A stretch of DNA of 53,806 nt from Nemertoderma westbladi. Taxonomy: Eukaryota > Animalia > Xenacoelomorpha. Where the stretch lies: contig JAUCBJ010008970.1 in NCBI GenBank assembly GCA_032718475.1, positions 1 through 53,806 of the forward strand, in the 5' to 3' direction. Position 1 is the stretch's first letter. Every line of letters starts with the position of its first letter. Shown here piece by piece: positions 1-12,878 of the stretch. A program made the translations under genes and the position numbers. The notes under the pieces were generated by a model. The model searched no databases, was not told the DNA's origin, and saw nothing but the letters and a program-made list of their open reading frames with translations.

Positions 1-329
1 CTGTATGTAGCTTTGACATATTATCGGAGGATAAATCAGCGAACGAGAACTTTTCAGCCATCATACGTTTCTTGGACCATGTTGTGTCCGGACCTTCGAC
101 AGGTCTGATGAGGTGATTTGCCGATATCTTGATAATGAAAACTTGAAAGACTCACTTAATTCTATCTACTGTATGTAACCTTATTAAAGCGTTCATGAAA
201 AAGTTTTTCAAAATGAATGAGTTATACAGTAGTATTAAATCAGAAGTAATAAATCTGTGACATCACAGTGTAAATTACAGTATATCCATTCCCCTTTGCA
301 CACACCTTTATTATTACTAAAAAACACTC

Positions 330-1055
330 GATTCCAGTAAATTGGAATCGGAATTTATTTAATATACTCCAGTTACCATGGTAACTAGATGTATTTCTTG
401 ATAGTTTTGAGTTTTACGCAAATGTTTTCCAGCTTGTTGTCCATATAAAACAAACTAAAGTTTCAGAACATTTTATTGTATAGCTTATGCCCAAATGAAT
501 GACTTTTATATCAAAACTTCTGTTTGCAGCTATTGTCATGAAAACAGAAAAATAGAACAATGTAATTAGGTTGCAGAAGCAGAATAAGTCATAAGTGTGG
601 GTGGGGGTTGGTCCTAAGTTATAACACCTTAACCTGTTACTTCAAATTATATTTTTAAAAATTTGAACATCTGTTGTCATGGTAACTGGATTTTCTAATT
701 AACCTCAATCTGCTCGGCTGTGGCCCTTATAGTCGAGATGAGAAACCCCAAGTTTATATCTTTTCGGTTTTGCTACAAATATAATTATAAAAAAAACTTG
801 AAATATGTACATAGACTTTTTTCTACTGCAAGTCCATATGTCCATAGCCATATTTTTCCACAATGCGCCTTGGTGAGTAGTACAGTATATACATGCAAAA
901 TTTCAGGGCACTTTTAAAGGCTAGTTTTGGCTGCAACCAAAAAATACCAAATCTGCCTCACACAAGTAAAAGGCCCCATTATAAATACACCCTTTCATTT
1001 CAGCTAAGAAAAATCTTTCTTTGCGAAAGTTGTCGATTTTCCTTAGCTTCGTGGA
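330..1055 (-). mobile_element. Partial, diverged copy of the non-autonomous Helitron family also found at 44320-49738
   Basis: Same internal blocks (CCAGTTACCATGGTAACTAG, AGAAACCCCAAGTTTATATC, ATACATGCAAAATTTCAGGG) and same terminus GATTTTCCTTAGCTTCGTGGA ending at 1055. Left boundary is approximate. Confidence 0.8.
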
Positions 1056-1081
1056 CTTCCAGTACTTCAGTAAAAAACTTC

Positions 1082-3590
1082 ATATATATATATATATATA
1101 TGTTTATTGACTCTAAGTTTCATTAAATGGCACAGATAATTAAGTTTGTAAAATACACAACTATACCTTTGTATACACTTAGCGTCCAAAATAAATCAAT
1201 GATTATTAGATCTTATAAATACAATTCAAGCACCTTTTCACAGTACTACTTACTACTTACACACATTACTACACACAGTACTACTTACACACATTACTAC
1301 ACACAGTACTACTTACACAACACATAATAATCGTCTCGAGAGCATAAACTGTTTAGCGAGCAGAAATTTAATTTACTTTTAAAAATTGACTCTCCCGTAA
1401 CTCAAATGAGATCGGACATTCTAGCAACACATGTACTTCTGTTTGTATCGATTTATTGTCGCAACCACAGACTCTTCGATCATTAGGGGTCCTTGACCAC
1501 CTGCCCGTCTCTATTCTTAGGTTATGGGAGATGACCCTAATTCTCGTAAACCATACACGTATGTAATCTGGTACAAATGGCCTCAAATTACGGTATACAG
1601 GGTGAGGTAGTAAGTATTTATTCATCTCAGTTCGATAAGTAACAAACTTGGTTGCAGAGCCAGGCTTGCTATTTATCCTATTACGTATCTCAACAAGTTT
1701 GTCTACATTGTGTTGCCAACTTTGCTTCCATTAGTAACCGGTATCCGGGTGTGTTTGCTTGCCTATATAACTCAAAAACCTGTGTAAATGGGAGTTCACT
1801 ATCCTGACTTTTCAACATTTTAAATATAAATCTTTTCATAGCGCGTGAAATTAAGTACTTGAGGGGTGGTGCTCCTACTTCTACCAAACAAATATCCGTG
1901 GGGGTTTAAGCCCTAACACCAAGAATACCTTTCACCATCCTGGTATAATATTTTTCAATTAGACTGGTGTCACTCGTTAACCATGCTTGTGATCCATATA
2001 CTAGGCCAGATAATACTGCAGCATCAAATACGCGTATTGAAAAAGGTATAACTATAATTAATTGCAAGAGGTAGACTTGTGTTCGTGCTCGTAAAAATGT
2101 TAAATTTATTGACAGTTTATTCGCACTTAAGCCGGTGGTGCGTAAGTGTACTCTGGACCTTCCCATCTGCACAAAATGGTACTCCCAAATATACATACAC
2201 CGCGCAATAATTTACAACCAAATTATTAATACTCAGCGGCACCTCATCACCTAGACTAGGGTTAATGACAAAAAAATTTCGTTTTTTTTTCGTTAATTTC
2301 GATTCCAGATGTATCACAAAATGTAACCAGAGTTTTTAGTTTCAGCAGTGCATTAGTGCGGGAAGCGGAAAAAATCACAGTATCGTCCATCAAAAGTAAT
2401 AAATGGATTGCCCCCAAGAAACCGTCATCCACAACTGTACTTCGGACCATCTTAGCTAATCTATTAATGTAAATGCAAAAGAGAACCACGCTAGATGGGG
2501 CACCTTGCCGGACACCAATAACAGACAAAAACATAGCAGTTTTAAGAATGTGCTTCGTACATTTATAAAGAGCTTGCACCGCTAATAACATTGTTTTTCC
2601 ACCAACCAAGTTTTTGTAGAGTTAACAACAACTGATCTCTTGGTACACGGTCATATGCCTTTTTGAAGTCAACAAAAATTATAAATAATTTTTGGTTCGT
2701 AAATACAGCATAATCAATAAGTAAACGAAGGGACACGATATGTTCTAAACAACCTCTTTTTGGCTGACCGCCCGCTTGGCACTTATCAATATTACACCAT
2801 GATAACAATCTGCGGGTCAATAATAAATCATAAACTTTGGCCAATGTGGACATTATCGAGATACCCCGATAGTTTCCACAGAGGCCGCGGTTGCCAGATG
2901 TAAACAATACGATCAACCTACTAACACCCCACCGTAAAGGATAGCATGTCTGATGAAACACAATATTAAAAATAGATAGGAAAAATAAAAGCCACGCTGC
3001 AGGCAATGCAATGAAAAATACCAAGGCTTATACCTATGTAACTCTTGCCAGGTTTAATATCCGCCATCGCTTCAGCCATATCTCACCGCTCAGTAAATTT
3101 GTCATCCAGAGCGGGTATGTAAGGCGACGAACTGAAGTCAGATAAGTTCAGATCCATCTGCTCCCCCGACTCCCGAGTCCCCAATAGATTGGTGAAATGG
3201 CTGGCCAACTCGTCATCCGATGGCATACTAGCGTACGACGGTGTACCGAATCCACCTTTCCAATTTACTGCATTCCAGATTGTTTGAGAATCATTTTCAG
3301 CCGTTAATCTCTCCCATCGATACGAGTTACTTGTCGATGACACCTTATTCTCCTTCTTCTGGGGATGTCGTTTGGCACAATTATTTATCCACCGACTCAC
3401 AATCTTTTATACACCTCTCTAGACCGGCCTCTGACAGATCCGCGGTAGACGGGGGGTGGGGTAGCTGTCCCATCGACTCCGTAAATGCGCGACAGTCTGT
3501 AACTTTGTGTGACTCACCTTTAATTGCCTCACCCGACGAAATAGGCCACTTCATACAAAGACATTTCTCTCGAATCTCCTGAACCAATCA
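1082..3590 (-). mobile_element. Decayed non-LTR retrotransposon (RTEX/Proto2-like ORF2, frameshifted)
   Basis: Successive - strand ORF pieces carry RT motifs (NYRGISIMS, FVDFKKAYD, GVRQGAPSS, LLMDDTV, YLG) and a C-terminal HNLRIETGRW...C.C...EVHVLLEC motif. The 3' end is AATAAA followed by (TA)n near 1082-1110. Clade assignment is tentative. Confidence 0.8.
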
Positions 3591-3699
3591 GGAAACAGTA
3601 TTCGACTACGCGTATGCATTCGCGTATGTGAAATCGCTCAATGTAATGTATAGATACGTGGATACGTACGGCATACGTATGAGCCTGGCATGAGCCTCG

Positions 3700-6350
3700 A
3701 CATCCACAAGAGTAGTGGGCCTGATTCTATTAGTCCAAGAATTATAAAGGATGGATGCCCAATTATTTAAAACTACTTAACCCATATTGTGAACTCATCA
3801 ATAAAATCAGCCGTGTTCCCTGACCCATACAAGGTTGCCAAAGTTGCACCAGCATTTAAGAAAGGAATACTAACCCATGACACAAACTTCCGCCCCATAT
3901 CATTATTAGTTTTAGAAGTTTTATAAGTTTTAGAAAAAACTGTGTTCGATCAACTTATGCCCTATTTAATATCTAACAACATACTACTGTAGATTTACTA
4001 CAATCCGGCTTTCGACCTGGTCACTCGGTGCAAACCTGCTTAATGTATCTGGACAATATCATCCGCGATGCTATGGATTCTGGGGAAATAGTCGGGATGG
4101 TTGCCATTGACCTCCAAAAAGCGTTCGACATGGTCGACTACAACATTCTGCTCCATAAGTTGAGGTGCATTGGCCTGGATGAACATAGCGTTAACTGGTT
4201 CCGATCATACCTATCTGGCAGATCCCAGCTTGTCCAGGTAGGAAACTCTCGTTTTAGAACTCTTGGAATTGACTGCGGTACTCCTCAAGGAGCCCTACTC
4301 GCTGTCCTCTTATTCCTGATCCTGATCTATATGAACGATTTAGACCTTGCCTTGCCTCCTGTCAAATCCTTGTCGAAAACAGCATCCCAGACTAACGACG
4401 TTAATAATGCCAGCCCAGCCAAAACTGCCTGCCACGAATCCGCCACTGCACTGAAGTATGCTGACGATACCAACCTCATCAAAGCCGGTGACAACTGCGA
4501 AGAAATTTTTGCATGCCTTACTGAAACTCTGTCGCGCGTAGCTGATTGGGCAGTTGATAATCGCCTCAGTATACACCCTGGGAAATTCGAGGTCTTCCTT
4601 TTTGGAACGTACCAATGCATTGCATCAGCCGGAAGCCTTGAAGTCTACTACAAAAACAAACTACTCGAACCAACAGATACCATAAAGTACTTGGGATACA
4701 TGATGGATCCAACCTTATCCGGATCGGAGTCCGCACATAAAATTATACGCAGGGGAAACGCATGTCTCAACTTCCTTTATCGGAATTCGCAAGTCCTTGA
4801 CAAACCCCTGCGTCGGTTGCTTTGCAACTCACTGATACATACAGCCGCTTATAGACTTTTCAGCCCCTTGCAGGTATCCGAGTACTGCGAGTCGTCTACG
4901 TAATCAAGTCGTTGCATCCAACGCAAGTGCATCAGGTTCTGCCTGGGACTTGACTCTCGAGCGCATATTGGTGCTGCCCATTTTGTAGATATAAACTGGC
5001 TTCCCATTACCGAACGTACCCACCAGATAATATTAACCCACATGTTTAATATCCACCCAAAGACAGCCCCGGCTTATATGCGCGACATGGTTATTTTTAC
5101 TGAACCTTCTCACCTCCTACGTAACGGAGCCGCACACGCTTTACTACCCCAGGTAGCCACCACGGTAGCAGCCACACAGTCGTTCTCCTACATTGGCCCA
5201 TATCTGTGGAATAAACTCCCCAATGCGATCAAAGAAATTAGGAGTGTGGAAAGTTTTAAGCATAAGTTAAAGGATCACTTTTTAGAACTTTTATCCACCA
5301 ATGAATTGTCGTCATATAAGTAACTTATAATTTTTACCATCTATATTTTATATTTTATATCATTTGACCTTCCTTCCACATTAACTCAAACAAAAGATTG
5401 AAGATCCATTTTTATAATTTTTATTTAATAGTGAATGTTTTATATTTTTGATTTATACATTATTTTAGAGTTTTTATCCTGCACGAGAGCACGACCTTAT
5501 ACCTTTTATTCTAAACCCCAATCTAAAGGACCCCTGTGGAAATGAGACTATGTCTACTACTAGGATCGGCATGCTGCATTGCAGCTGCATTTTTAAGAAT
5601 GCTGTGCCGGCTTGTCAACAAAATTGCCCCGCCACAACTCCCTATCACCCATGACATTTGCTAGATCATCCGCATCTTCAAGGCCAGTGTCGTTTAAGGT
5701 GCGTCTCAAGAAAGTCATAGGCTGTCCACCATGCTTATTCACTCCATGAGGCTGCCAAAGTACAAGATTATGCACTGGCTCGTCCTCACAGCGAAAGCAA
5801 TGTCCTGCAAAGCGGAGGCGAAGCACGGGAGCACGACCTTATACCTTTTATTCTAAACCCCAATCTACAGGACCCCTGTGGAAATGAGACTAAGTCTCTC
5901 AGGGTAATCCTGGACAAACAAAGCTTACACTATGACGATTCAGAACTATTTACTCTACTCTGCCGTGCAATTACTGCTCTATACTGTATAAAATATATTA
6001 TAATTTTTAATTATTTTTACATTCTCAAATATGGTACTTCACCTTAACCTTCTTAATTTTTCGATATATTTCTGAATTTATCACCTCTTTTTTTTAACTT
6101 TTATACACTTGCCTAACCGAAACACGTTTTTAGCCTGACAGAATTATATAATTGTTTAATTTGAACTACAAACCGAAAGAAAATAATTGTATCTAATTTA
6201 ATTTATGTACGTAATTTGCACTTTGCCTTACCATACTGCCTTACCATACAGTATATCATTTTCTTAATCGTTGTGTTTATATCTACTTATATGTCGGTAT
6301 GTTTATACTTTACTTCGTTTGTCAAATAAATAATTCCAATTCCAATTCCA
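3700..6350 (+). mobile_element. Decayed CR1/L2-group LINE, interrupted by an RTE fragment
   Basis: ORF 4028-4903 has IDLQKAFDMVD, GTPQG, KYADDT, KYLG; ORF 5042-5323 has the typical SFSYIGPYLWNKLP C-terminus. The 3' end is AATAAA plus (ATTCCA)n at about 6325-6350. Confidence 0.8.
5556..5822 (-). mobile_element. 5'-truncated RTE-clade LINE fragment flanked by a 75-bp direct repeat
   Basis: RLRFAGHCFR...LVLWQP...DRELW RTE C-terminus, (TAG)n tail at about 5554-5563, flanking repeats at 5481-5555 and 5823-5897 (3 mismatches). Confidence 0.8.
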
Positions 6351-6420
6351 TACGTTGAAAAGTAAAACCCGACAAAGACGGCCTTATTCTTCGTACATCG
6401 TACGCACATGATGGAGTAAT

Positions 6421-7172
6421 GATGACATCGCCCTGCTCTCTAATACCCTAGTAGATGCACAGCTTCTACTAAATAAAGTGGAGAGGGCTGCTAAGGAGGT
6501 TGGATTGCATATAAATGCTACCAAGACCGAATTCATGACCTTTAATGTTGATGGAAACTTGACAACCATTGATAATAATCAACTAAGGAAGGTCGATGAC
6601 TTCCAGTACCTTGGATCATGGATAGAGAGTAGCAAAAAGGACATAGAAGTTAGGAAAGCAAAGGCTTTGGTAGCTCTATCAAAAATGGATACCATCCAAT
6701 GGAAGGAAATCAGATCTCTCCAGGCACCTGAAGACTAAGTTCTTTCGAGCCACAGTGGAAAGTGTATTTTTATACGGGGGTGAGACCTGGACACTGACTA
6801 AATCACTTGAACAACGAATTGATGGTTGCTACACAAGACTACTAAGGGCAGCCCCAAACATCAGCTGGAGACAACACATGACAAATGCCGAGCGTTATGG
6901 TACAATACCACCTGTATCAACCACCCTCCGTGAACGCAGATTAAGATTCAGTGGGCACTGCTGGCGAAGTAAAGACGAGGTCATACCAGATCTACTTCTC
7001 TGGCAACCAACTCATGGAAAGCGTAGTCGTGGACGACCTGCCATAACATATATAGATCAACTAGAAAGGGATACTGAACTTGGGAGAAACGAAATTGCGA
7101 CAACTATGGAGAATCGGGAAGCCTGGAAGGATCTCATTTCCACTGTCCGAGTTCGCTCGACCTAGTAGTAGT
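6421..7172 (+). mobile_element. 5'-truncated RTE-clade LINE
   Basis: Begins at the DDIALL RT motif; GLHINATKTE, FQYLGS, LYGGETWTL, RRLRFSGHCWR, RGRP, NREAW; one frameshift; TAGTAGTAG tail. Confidence 0.85.
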
Positions 7173-7616
7173 CCCTAAAAGGTGCCACCCTGCTCCACAG
7201 CGCGGGAAATTCAAATCATTAAAAGACATATAATTTGTACTGGAGAGGGTGGCAGATCAGATCTGCTACTGCTACCTATATTTTGGCGGTAAATTCAAAT
7301 CTGTTTTAACATTGAATACATGAATAGAGTACAACTAATGTAATTCATTGAATCATAATAAATTATTTCTTATCGGTTTAATTCACCCATCCGTTATTGT
7401 TGTTGTTTTATCTATTCTGGGACTTCGAGCAGCACGTGAACAACTAAACTGGCTGGTTACCTAGTCTGAGACTTCGAGCAAAATTGCAAATCGAGGAGGG
7501 GTGGGGGTTTTGGCTTAACTTCTAGCAGTAAAATGTAAAGAACATTTATTATTTGCTTGTATCAGTTATAATTACATCAGAACATTATAATTATAACAAT
7601 ATAGCTTGGAACTGAT

Positions 7617-8741
7617 TGTAAAAGCTTTTGCGGACATAACAAGTCATTTTTCCGCAATGCGCAGAATACTCTAAAATAGCCCTAAAATTATTCAACTACG
7701 CGACGGGAAGGAATTAGAGCCGGGATGACGAAATCTATCAGCTGATTCTTTGTGGACGTGGAGGTTTCTTTGTTCTGTCTTATTCAGCCAATCGGAGCGA
7801 TTTTCACTTTACAGCTAACAGAGACCTACCTGAGAAACTCGCGCAATGCATGATGGTTATTATTTTTCTGAGAATTAGATTCAGCTCAGAATTCTGTGCT
7901 TCTGTACGGAAGTTTCAGACTTTGGCCCGGGAACATCTGATGGCCTTGGTTATAGGAACGTAAATCTATTAACCTGGAAACACCTCATTTCGAACATTAC
8001 GAACATTTCATTCATTCATTTCATTCTCATTTCACCGCACTATTTTACTTCTGTTTTATATAGTATTAATTGTTGTTATATTAATGGATGTTGATGTTAT
8101 ATTTGGAGAATACCGATAAATAATCATAAACCCCTCAATCTTATTGATTACTGAGGTAAGAGGAAAAGAGTCTACCGGTAGCAACTGCGACTTAAATTTT
8201 AGTGGTTTTGTGTGAATTAAATGCTATTTCATAATCCCTACGTGTGTCAGTTGCAATCCTCCTTATATATGATCAAATTCAGTGACGGTCGGCAAATTAG
8301 TGTGAAGTAGTGTAAAGTAGTGTGAAGTCGTGTGAAGTAGTGTGAAGGTTAATAAAGCATCTCCTAAAGAATGCGCTATTTACGAAACTCTGTGGCATCT
8401 AGTTGTGATTAGTATAAGTCATAACTCTGTTTTTATACTTAAAGCGCCACGTCCTAAAGGAACTGTTAATATTTCCCTGAAAGTAAATATAGTTGTCAGA
8501 AATTATATAGTAGTGATCAATCGAATAATACAGAGTAGTTCTACACTGCAATACTTCCCAAGGAACCCGAATCCAGTCTCCCACACAGTTTTTTTTTCGC
8601 GTTTTTTTTTCGCGCACGGACTGGCTTCGGCGGATGTAACTTCAGTACACCAGGTAATTGGTAAGGGCTAAAGTCGATTTATAAACAAGAGGACAATTAA
8701 AATTGGCAGGTTAAACTGCTAAAGGTCTGAAAGCGCGAACA
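7617..8741 (+). mobile_element. Solo LTR of a BEL/Pao family related to the full-length element at 25623-44319
   Basis: TG...CA ends (TGTAAAAGCTTTTG ... GGCAGGTTAAACTGCTAAAGGTCTGAAAGCGCGAACA) closely match the reverse complement of the full element's LTR termini; internal blocks are shared (CCACGTCCTAAAGGAACTGTTAATATTTCC); perfect 5-bp TSD CTGAT at 7612-7616 and 8742-8746. Confidence 0.92.
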
Positions 8742-8948
8742 CTGATAGTAGGCCTAAAATATATCGCACGTAGGCCTACTGTAAAAACAACAGGTGACCG
8801 ATACCTGGATACTGAATTACAGATTTAGGCCTACCCCATACTGCCATACTAGCTACCCCAACACCTGTACACAGAAGTACTGAAGTACAGCTGTACAGAG
8901 ATCTGGAAATACTTGTTCACTTCTCATAAAATATTTGTACCGGTAAGT

Positions 8949-10058
8949 ATGACTTCGCTTTGGGGACCTCAACGAACTAATGGTGGATCGTCCGCCTCCA
9001 AAAACCTGGTGGAATTCCGGGCCGGCAAACTGAATCTGCGCGGCTCGATGGTGCACCCGGACAAGCGGAAGGGCCAGGTCTACCTGCACCAAAGCGACGA
9101 CTCCCTGATGCACTTCTGCTGGAAGGACCGAACGTCCGGAGCCATCGAGGACGACCTAATCATCTTTCCGGACGACTGCGAATGTAAACGCGTTACCGAA
9201 TGCACCACAGGAAGAGTTTACCTCCTCAAGTTTAAATCCTCCAACAACAAGTTCTTCTTCTGGATGCAGGAGCCCAAGGAAGACAAAGATGTGGATTTCT
9301 GCACGAAAATAAACGAGTATTTGAACCACCCTCCTGTCCCCTCGGCGACGGGGCGCTCCTCGGACAGCGCTCGCGGTACCGGACACCCTCACGACTTCCG
9401 GCAGATTCTCGACTCTATACCGCAGGACCAGTTGATGTCGCTACTGAGCGGGGGTGGGGGCGGGATGACCGAAGGTGGGATCAACGCTCTCAACCAGCTG
9501 CTCGCTGGCGGTGCCCTCGACTCTCCGTCCGCCAGCTCGTTGGACACGGCGACCAGCGAGAGTCGCCCCACCAGTCAGCAGACCACGCCGTCCGCCCGCG
9601 TGCTGCCCCCCGCTGCGGATCCCCCCACTGCGCCCTCTTCTAACGCCCCCGCCGCCTCCATACAGCTGAGCGACCTTCAATCCATCCTATCGGGGATGCC
9701 GAAACCCGCCCAGCAGGTTGACCTGTCCGGGGAACTCACCCTCAATCTCCTCGCGCCAATCATAGCTAAACCTGAAGTGCAGACCCTGCTGCGTCCCCTT
9801 CTCCCCGACGGCGGCGAGTCGGACCGCGACGAACTACCTGCTACGCTATCTTCCCCCCAGTTCCAGCAGTCCCTGCGTCTCTTCCAATTGGCCCTCCACT
9901 CGGGTCAACTCGGTCCGGTTCTCCGACAGTTGAACATCTGCGAGGCGGCGTGTCTGGCAGCAGATAACGGAGATATGGAGGGGTTCGTTAAGGCCTTGGA
10001 GAAGGATCAGAAGGGAGAAGATGGGAAGGATAATATGGACACTGAGGGAGGGGTTTAG
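8949..10058 (+). CDS. ADRM1: Proteasomal ubiquitin receptor ADRM1/Rpn13, uninterrupted coding sequence
   Basis: Pru domain (LVEFRAGKL...PDKRKGQVY...MHFCWKDR...EDDLIIFPDD...TTGRVYLLKF...FFWMQEP) and C-terminal UCH37-binding domain (LSSPQFQQSL...ALHSGQLGPVL). First ATG is at 8949; the ORF-track start at 8913 is a TTG. Confidence 0.95.
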   Translation: MTSLWGPQRTNGGSSASKNLVEFRAGKLNLRGSMVHPDKRKGQVYLHQSDDSLMHFCWKDRTSGAIEDDLIIFPDDCECKRVTECTTGRVYLLKFKSSNNKFFFWMQEPKEDKDVDFCTKINEYLNHPPVPSATGRSSDSARGTGHPHDFRQILDSIPQDQLMSLLSGGGGGMTEGGINALNQLLAGGALDSPSASSLDTATSESRPTSQQTTPSARVLPPAADPPTAPSSNAPAASIQLSDLQSILSGMPKPAQQVDLSGELTLNLLAPIIAKPEVQTLLRPLLPDGGESDRDELPATLSSPQFQQSLRLFQLALHSGQLGPVLRQLNICEAACLAADNGDMEGFVKALEKDQKGEDGKDNMDTEGGV

Positions 10059-10378
10059 GGGTAGGGAAAGATAATATGGACACTTAGGGAGGGGTTTAGG
10101 GGTAGGGAAAGATAATATGGACACTGAGGGTAGGGTTTACGGGTAGGGAAAGGTAATATGGACACTGGGTGGGGGGTGGGGGAAGGAAAGATATTATGGA
10201 CACTTAGGGAAGAGTTTAAGGGAAGGGAAAGATAATATGGACACTGAGGGAAGAGTTTAAGGGAAGGGAAAGATAATATGGACACTGAGGGAAGGGTTTA
10301 GGGGTAGGGAAAGATAATATGGACACTGGGTGGTGGGTGGGGGAAGGAAAGATAATATGGACACTGAGAGAAGGGTTT
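10022..10378 (+). repeat. G-rich minisatellite, 38-41 bp unit, about 9 copies, starting inside the ADRM1 C-terminus
   Basis: Unit resembles GGGAAAGATAATATGGACACTGAGGGAGGGGTTTAGGGGTA; GGACACT recurs at about 10038, 10078, 10119, 10160, 10198, 10239, 10280, 10321 and 10359. Confidence 0.95.
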
Positions 10379-11732
10379 ATAATCTGTTCCATTTTCGTGG
10401 AGGACTAATAATTCATTATTTAATCTCAATGGTTCTGCTTGACTTCAACTTAAACTATTATTGTAAACAATATTACTAAGGCTAACTGGCTATGTGTATA
10501 ATTTTATCCAACTAGGGATACAAGTCATTAACAAATGACCAAAAGGGACCGATTTAGACAAGCAACATGTAATATCTACTTTTAGTCAAAGTCAAAATAG
10601 GCCTGTCATTTCCAGAATAATCATTTCCACTGTTTCAAGCTTGCGCGACGTAGTAGAAGTGTTGACCCCTAAAAAAGCTAAAACTCGTGATAAACCCTAT
10701 AACAATAAAATTTGCACATAAATGTAGATTTCTATTTTGAGTGTAGGCCTAGGGGATGTGCTCCTATGTAGACTCAAAGTGTAGACAACGAACTAACGAT
10801 TTTCATAACCCATTTTTCAACCAGATATAATTTTCCATAGAAGCAAGTTTGTGTGGTAAGCTACCCCTCATTTAAAAGAGCTGACTACTGTTTTCCATGT
10901 TGTATACAAAGAGATGTTGACCTTTAATCTATCTATCTATACTGACAAAACCAAAACACATCTTCCCAAAAATACGTTTTTCTATGATGTCATTCGTCCA
11001 CTTTCGCCCATTACACTTACTACATCATTAAAATGTTAAAATATCTAAGCATTTCAAAACAAGAGTTTTATTATTAATTGTTATTTTTTCGTTCGAATTA
11101 CCCCATAATTGGGAGAAAAAGTACTATTTTTACCTAGGAAAAAAGTATCCCATGCTATTTTACTTTTTTCCCGGCGAAAAAATACTAAAATAAAATCCTT
11201 TAGGTGGAAATTATTGTTTCAAGAGCATCGAAGTAGAAAAGGTTTGCAAATGACTTGAGCAAAATTCATTCAAACACTCGAAAGTTATTGCAACTTTAGT
11301 GTCTGCAACGCGAAACTCCAAAACGGAACTCAATATCAAATTTATGTAGGCCCAACATGAATAATAGTTATAATCAATTACCGGAATGTTCTGTGACAGT
11401 TACTGCTGTTGCCTTGAATAATACCTGTACCTCTGCCTCCATGGAACCGCTCTGGAAGTCGCCAGATTTTGTGCGTAATCCCTGGCATACCGCAGTCGAA
11501 GAAAAAGGTTCTTTGACTTCAAGTTAGTGAATTTATTCAATTTAATCATCAGTACCATCGATAAAGTCTGTGATATGTTATTATTGGTGTTTTGGGTGAA
11601 TGAGTGGTTTCATATTATTATAACTTTCGTTGGGCACAGCACAAGACGGACAAGTAAAAAAGGAGAGGCCATGAGGACGTAAATTGCAAACGCAAAAAGT
11701 ATCAGGTAGTATTTCTAGGTCTACCTTTCACC

Positions 11733-11810
11733 TGAGCCGCTAGCGGAATGGTTAGAGCGTAGTGTCAGACTTCCAACCTGGAGGTCACCAGTTCGATCCC
11801 ACCTGGACGT
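11733..11810 (+). pseudogene. Degenerate tRNA-like sequence or tRNA-derived SINE head
   Basis: A-box TAGCGGAATGG (11741-11751), anticodon-like loop CT-TCC-AA and B-box-like GTTCGATCC (about 11791-11799). Acceptor stem is poor and there are extra bases, so it is unlikely to be a functional tRNA. Confidence 0.5.
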
Positions 11811-12878
11811 CACTGCCGACTTTGCAAAGCAACGTGAGTTATATCTCTGATAGTAGCTTTCTATATAATGTCTCTATGCAGATCTGCTTTACTTCAACTT
11901 TTCTTGCTGAGATTTTTCATGCTGGGCCGCCTGACATGGTCAACAAACCCAGCCACAACACTATAGGCTTTCCATCCTGAACTTGTCAGAAATTGATACT
12001 GGTTGACATACCTTACTTCTTTGAAATTATAAATATTTCTGCTGATGGAAATGTGTTAATATATTTATGCAAAATCACCGGTGAATTTGACGCATGGGTT
12101 GGAATTTGGTCATTTTTTCTGATTTTCAGACATCATCTCTCAGATTTTATAAATATTCCCTTACTATCCCAGGCAGTTTATGATGTCACAACCTCCAAAT
12201 TTGTGGGTTAATACATTTCTGCTAAACACCTACGTCCCCTTTATCTCTATTATTACCGACCAAGAATAGTTTTGACTGCACTACGTCATTATTATTAAAG
12301 ATGCTCATAAATACTGTACAATTTTGAATTGATTTCGTAAAAAAACGTAAATTTATTGTTACCTATTACTGTACATCGCAAATGGACCTGCAATATTTAA
12401 ATTTTAAGCTATTAAGTTATATAAATTAATAACTAAGAAGGTCATGATGATCTGCCGGTTTGTTTAATGTTTAATGTTTAATGTTTAATAGTTTAGGGTA
12501 AGAGGAAGATAAACTTATAGATACCCATCACCGACATAATTTAAGGCAATCTTTATATGGAACCAGAACTGAAAGTAAATTAATATGTTGTATGTAATAC
12601 CGGTAATAGGATAGGCCTAATAAAATATAGTAAGAAGTTGAAGAAGAGTATAAAAAAAAACCTGATACGACACCAACGAAATACATGTACTCAATCCAGC
12701 GTAGGACTGTTAAAAACCGGCGATGCACAAACAACGAACTAATATAGGTTAAAACAAAGTAGTGTAGAATCGGTAGAACTATTGAAATTTGAATAAGATA
12801 TGTATGGATATTAAAAACCGACTGAATTAAAATTTAAATAAAATATGTATGAATGATGTTTGAATCATGTTATTCAAT

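Noticed and set aside
11-112. Possible + strand exon (FDILSEDKSANENFSAIIRFLDHVVSGPSTGLMR) between AG and GTGATT
   Set aside because: Splice signals are weak and the peptide is not recognisable; cannot be supported.
100-145. CTGATGAG hammerhead-ribozyme-like core
   Set aside because: The putative stem II is followed by GATA rather than GAAA, and no convincing stems I or III were found.
8913-8948. N-terminal extension of ADRM1 given by the ORF track
   Set aside because: It starts at TTG; the first ATG at 8949 gives a typical ADRM1 N-terminus length.
10022-10378. Regularly spaced repeats here and at 16662-17165 considered as CRISPR arrays
   Set aside because: Head-to-tail tandem units with no unique spacers, no cas genes, and eukaryotic context.
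11733-11810. Functional tRNA-Gly(TCC) gene
   Set aside because: Extra bases after the D arm and poor acceptor and T stems; recorded only as a tRNA-like relic.
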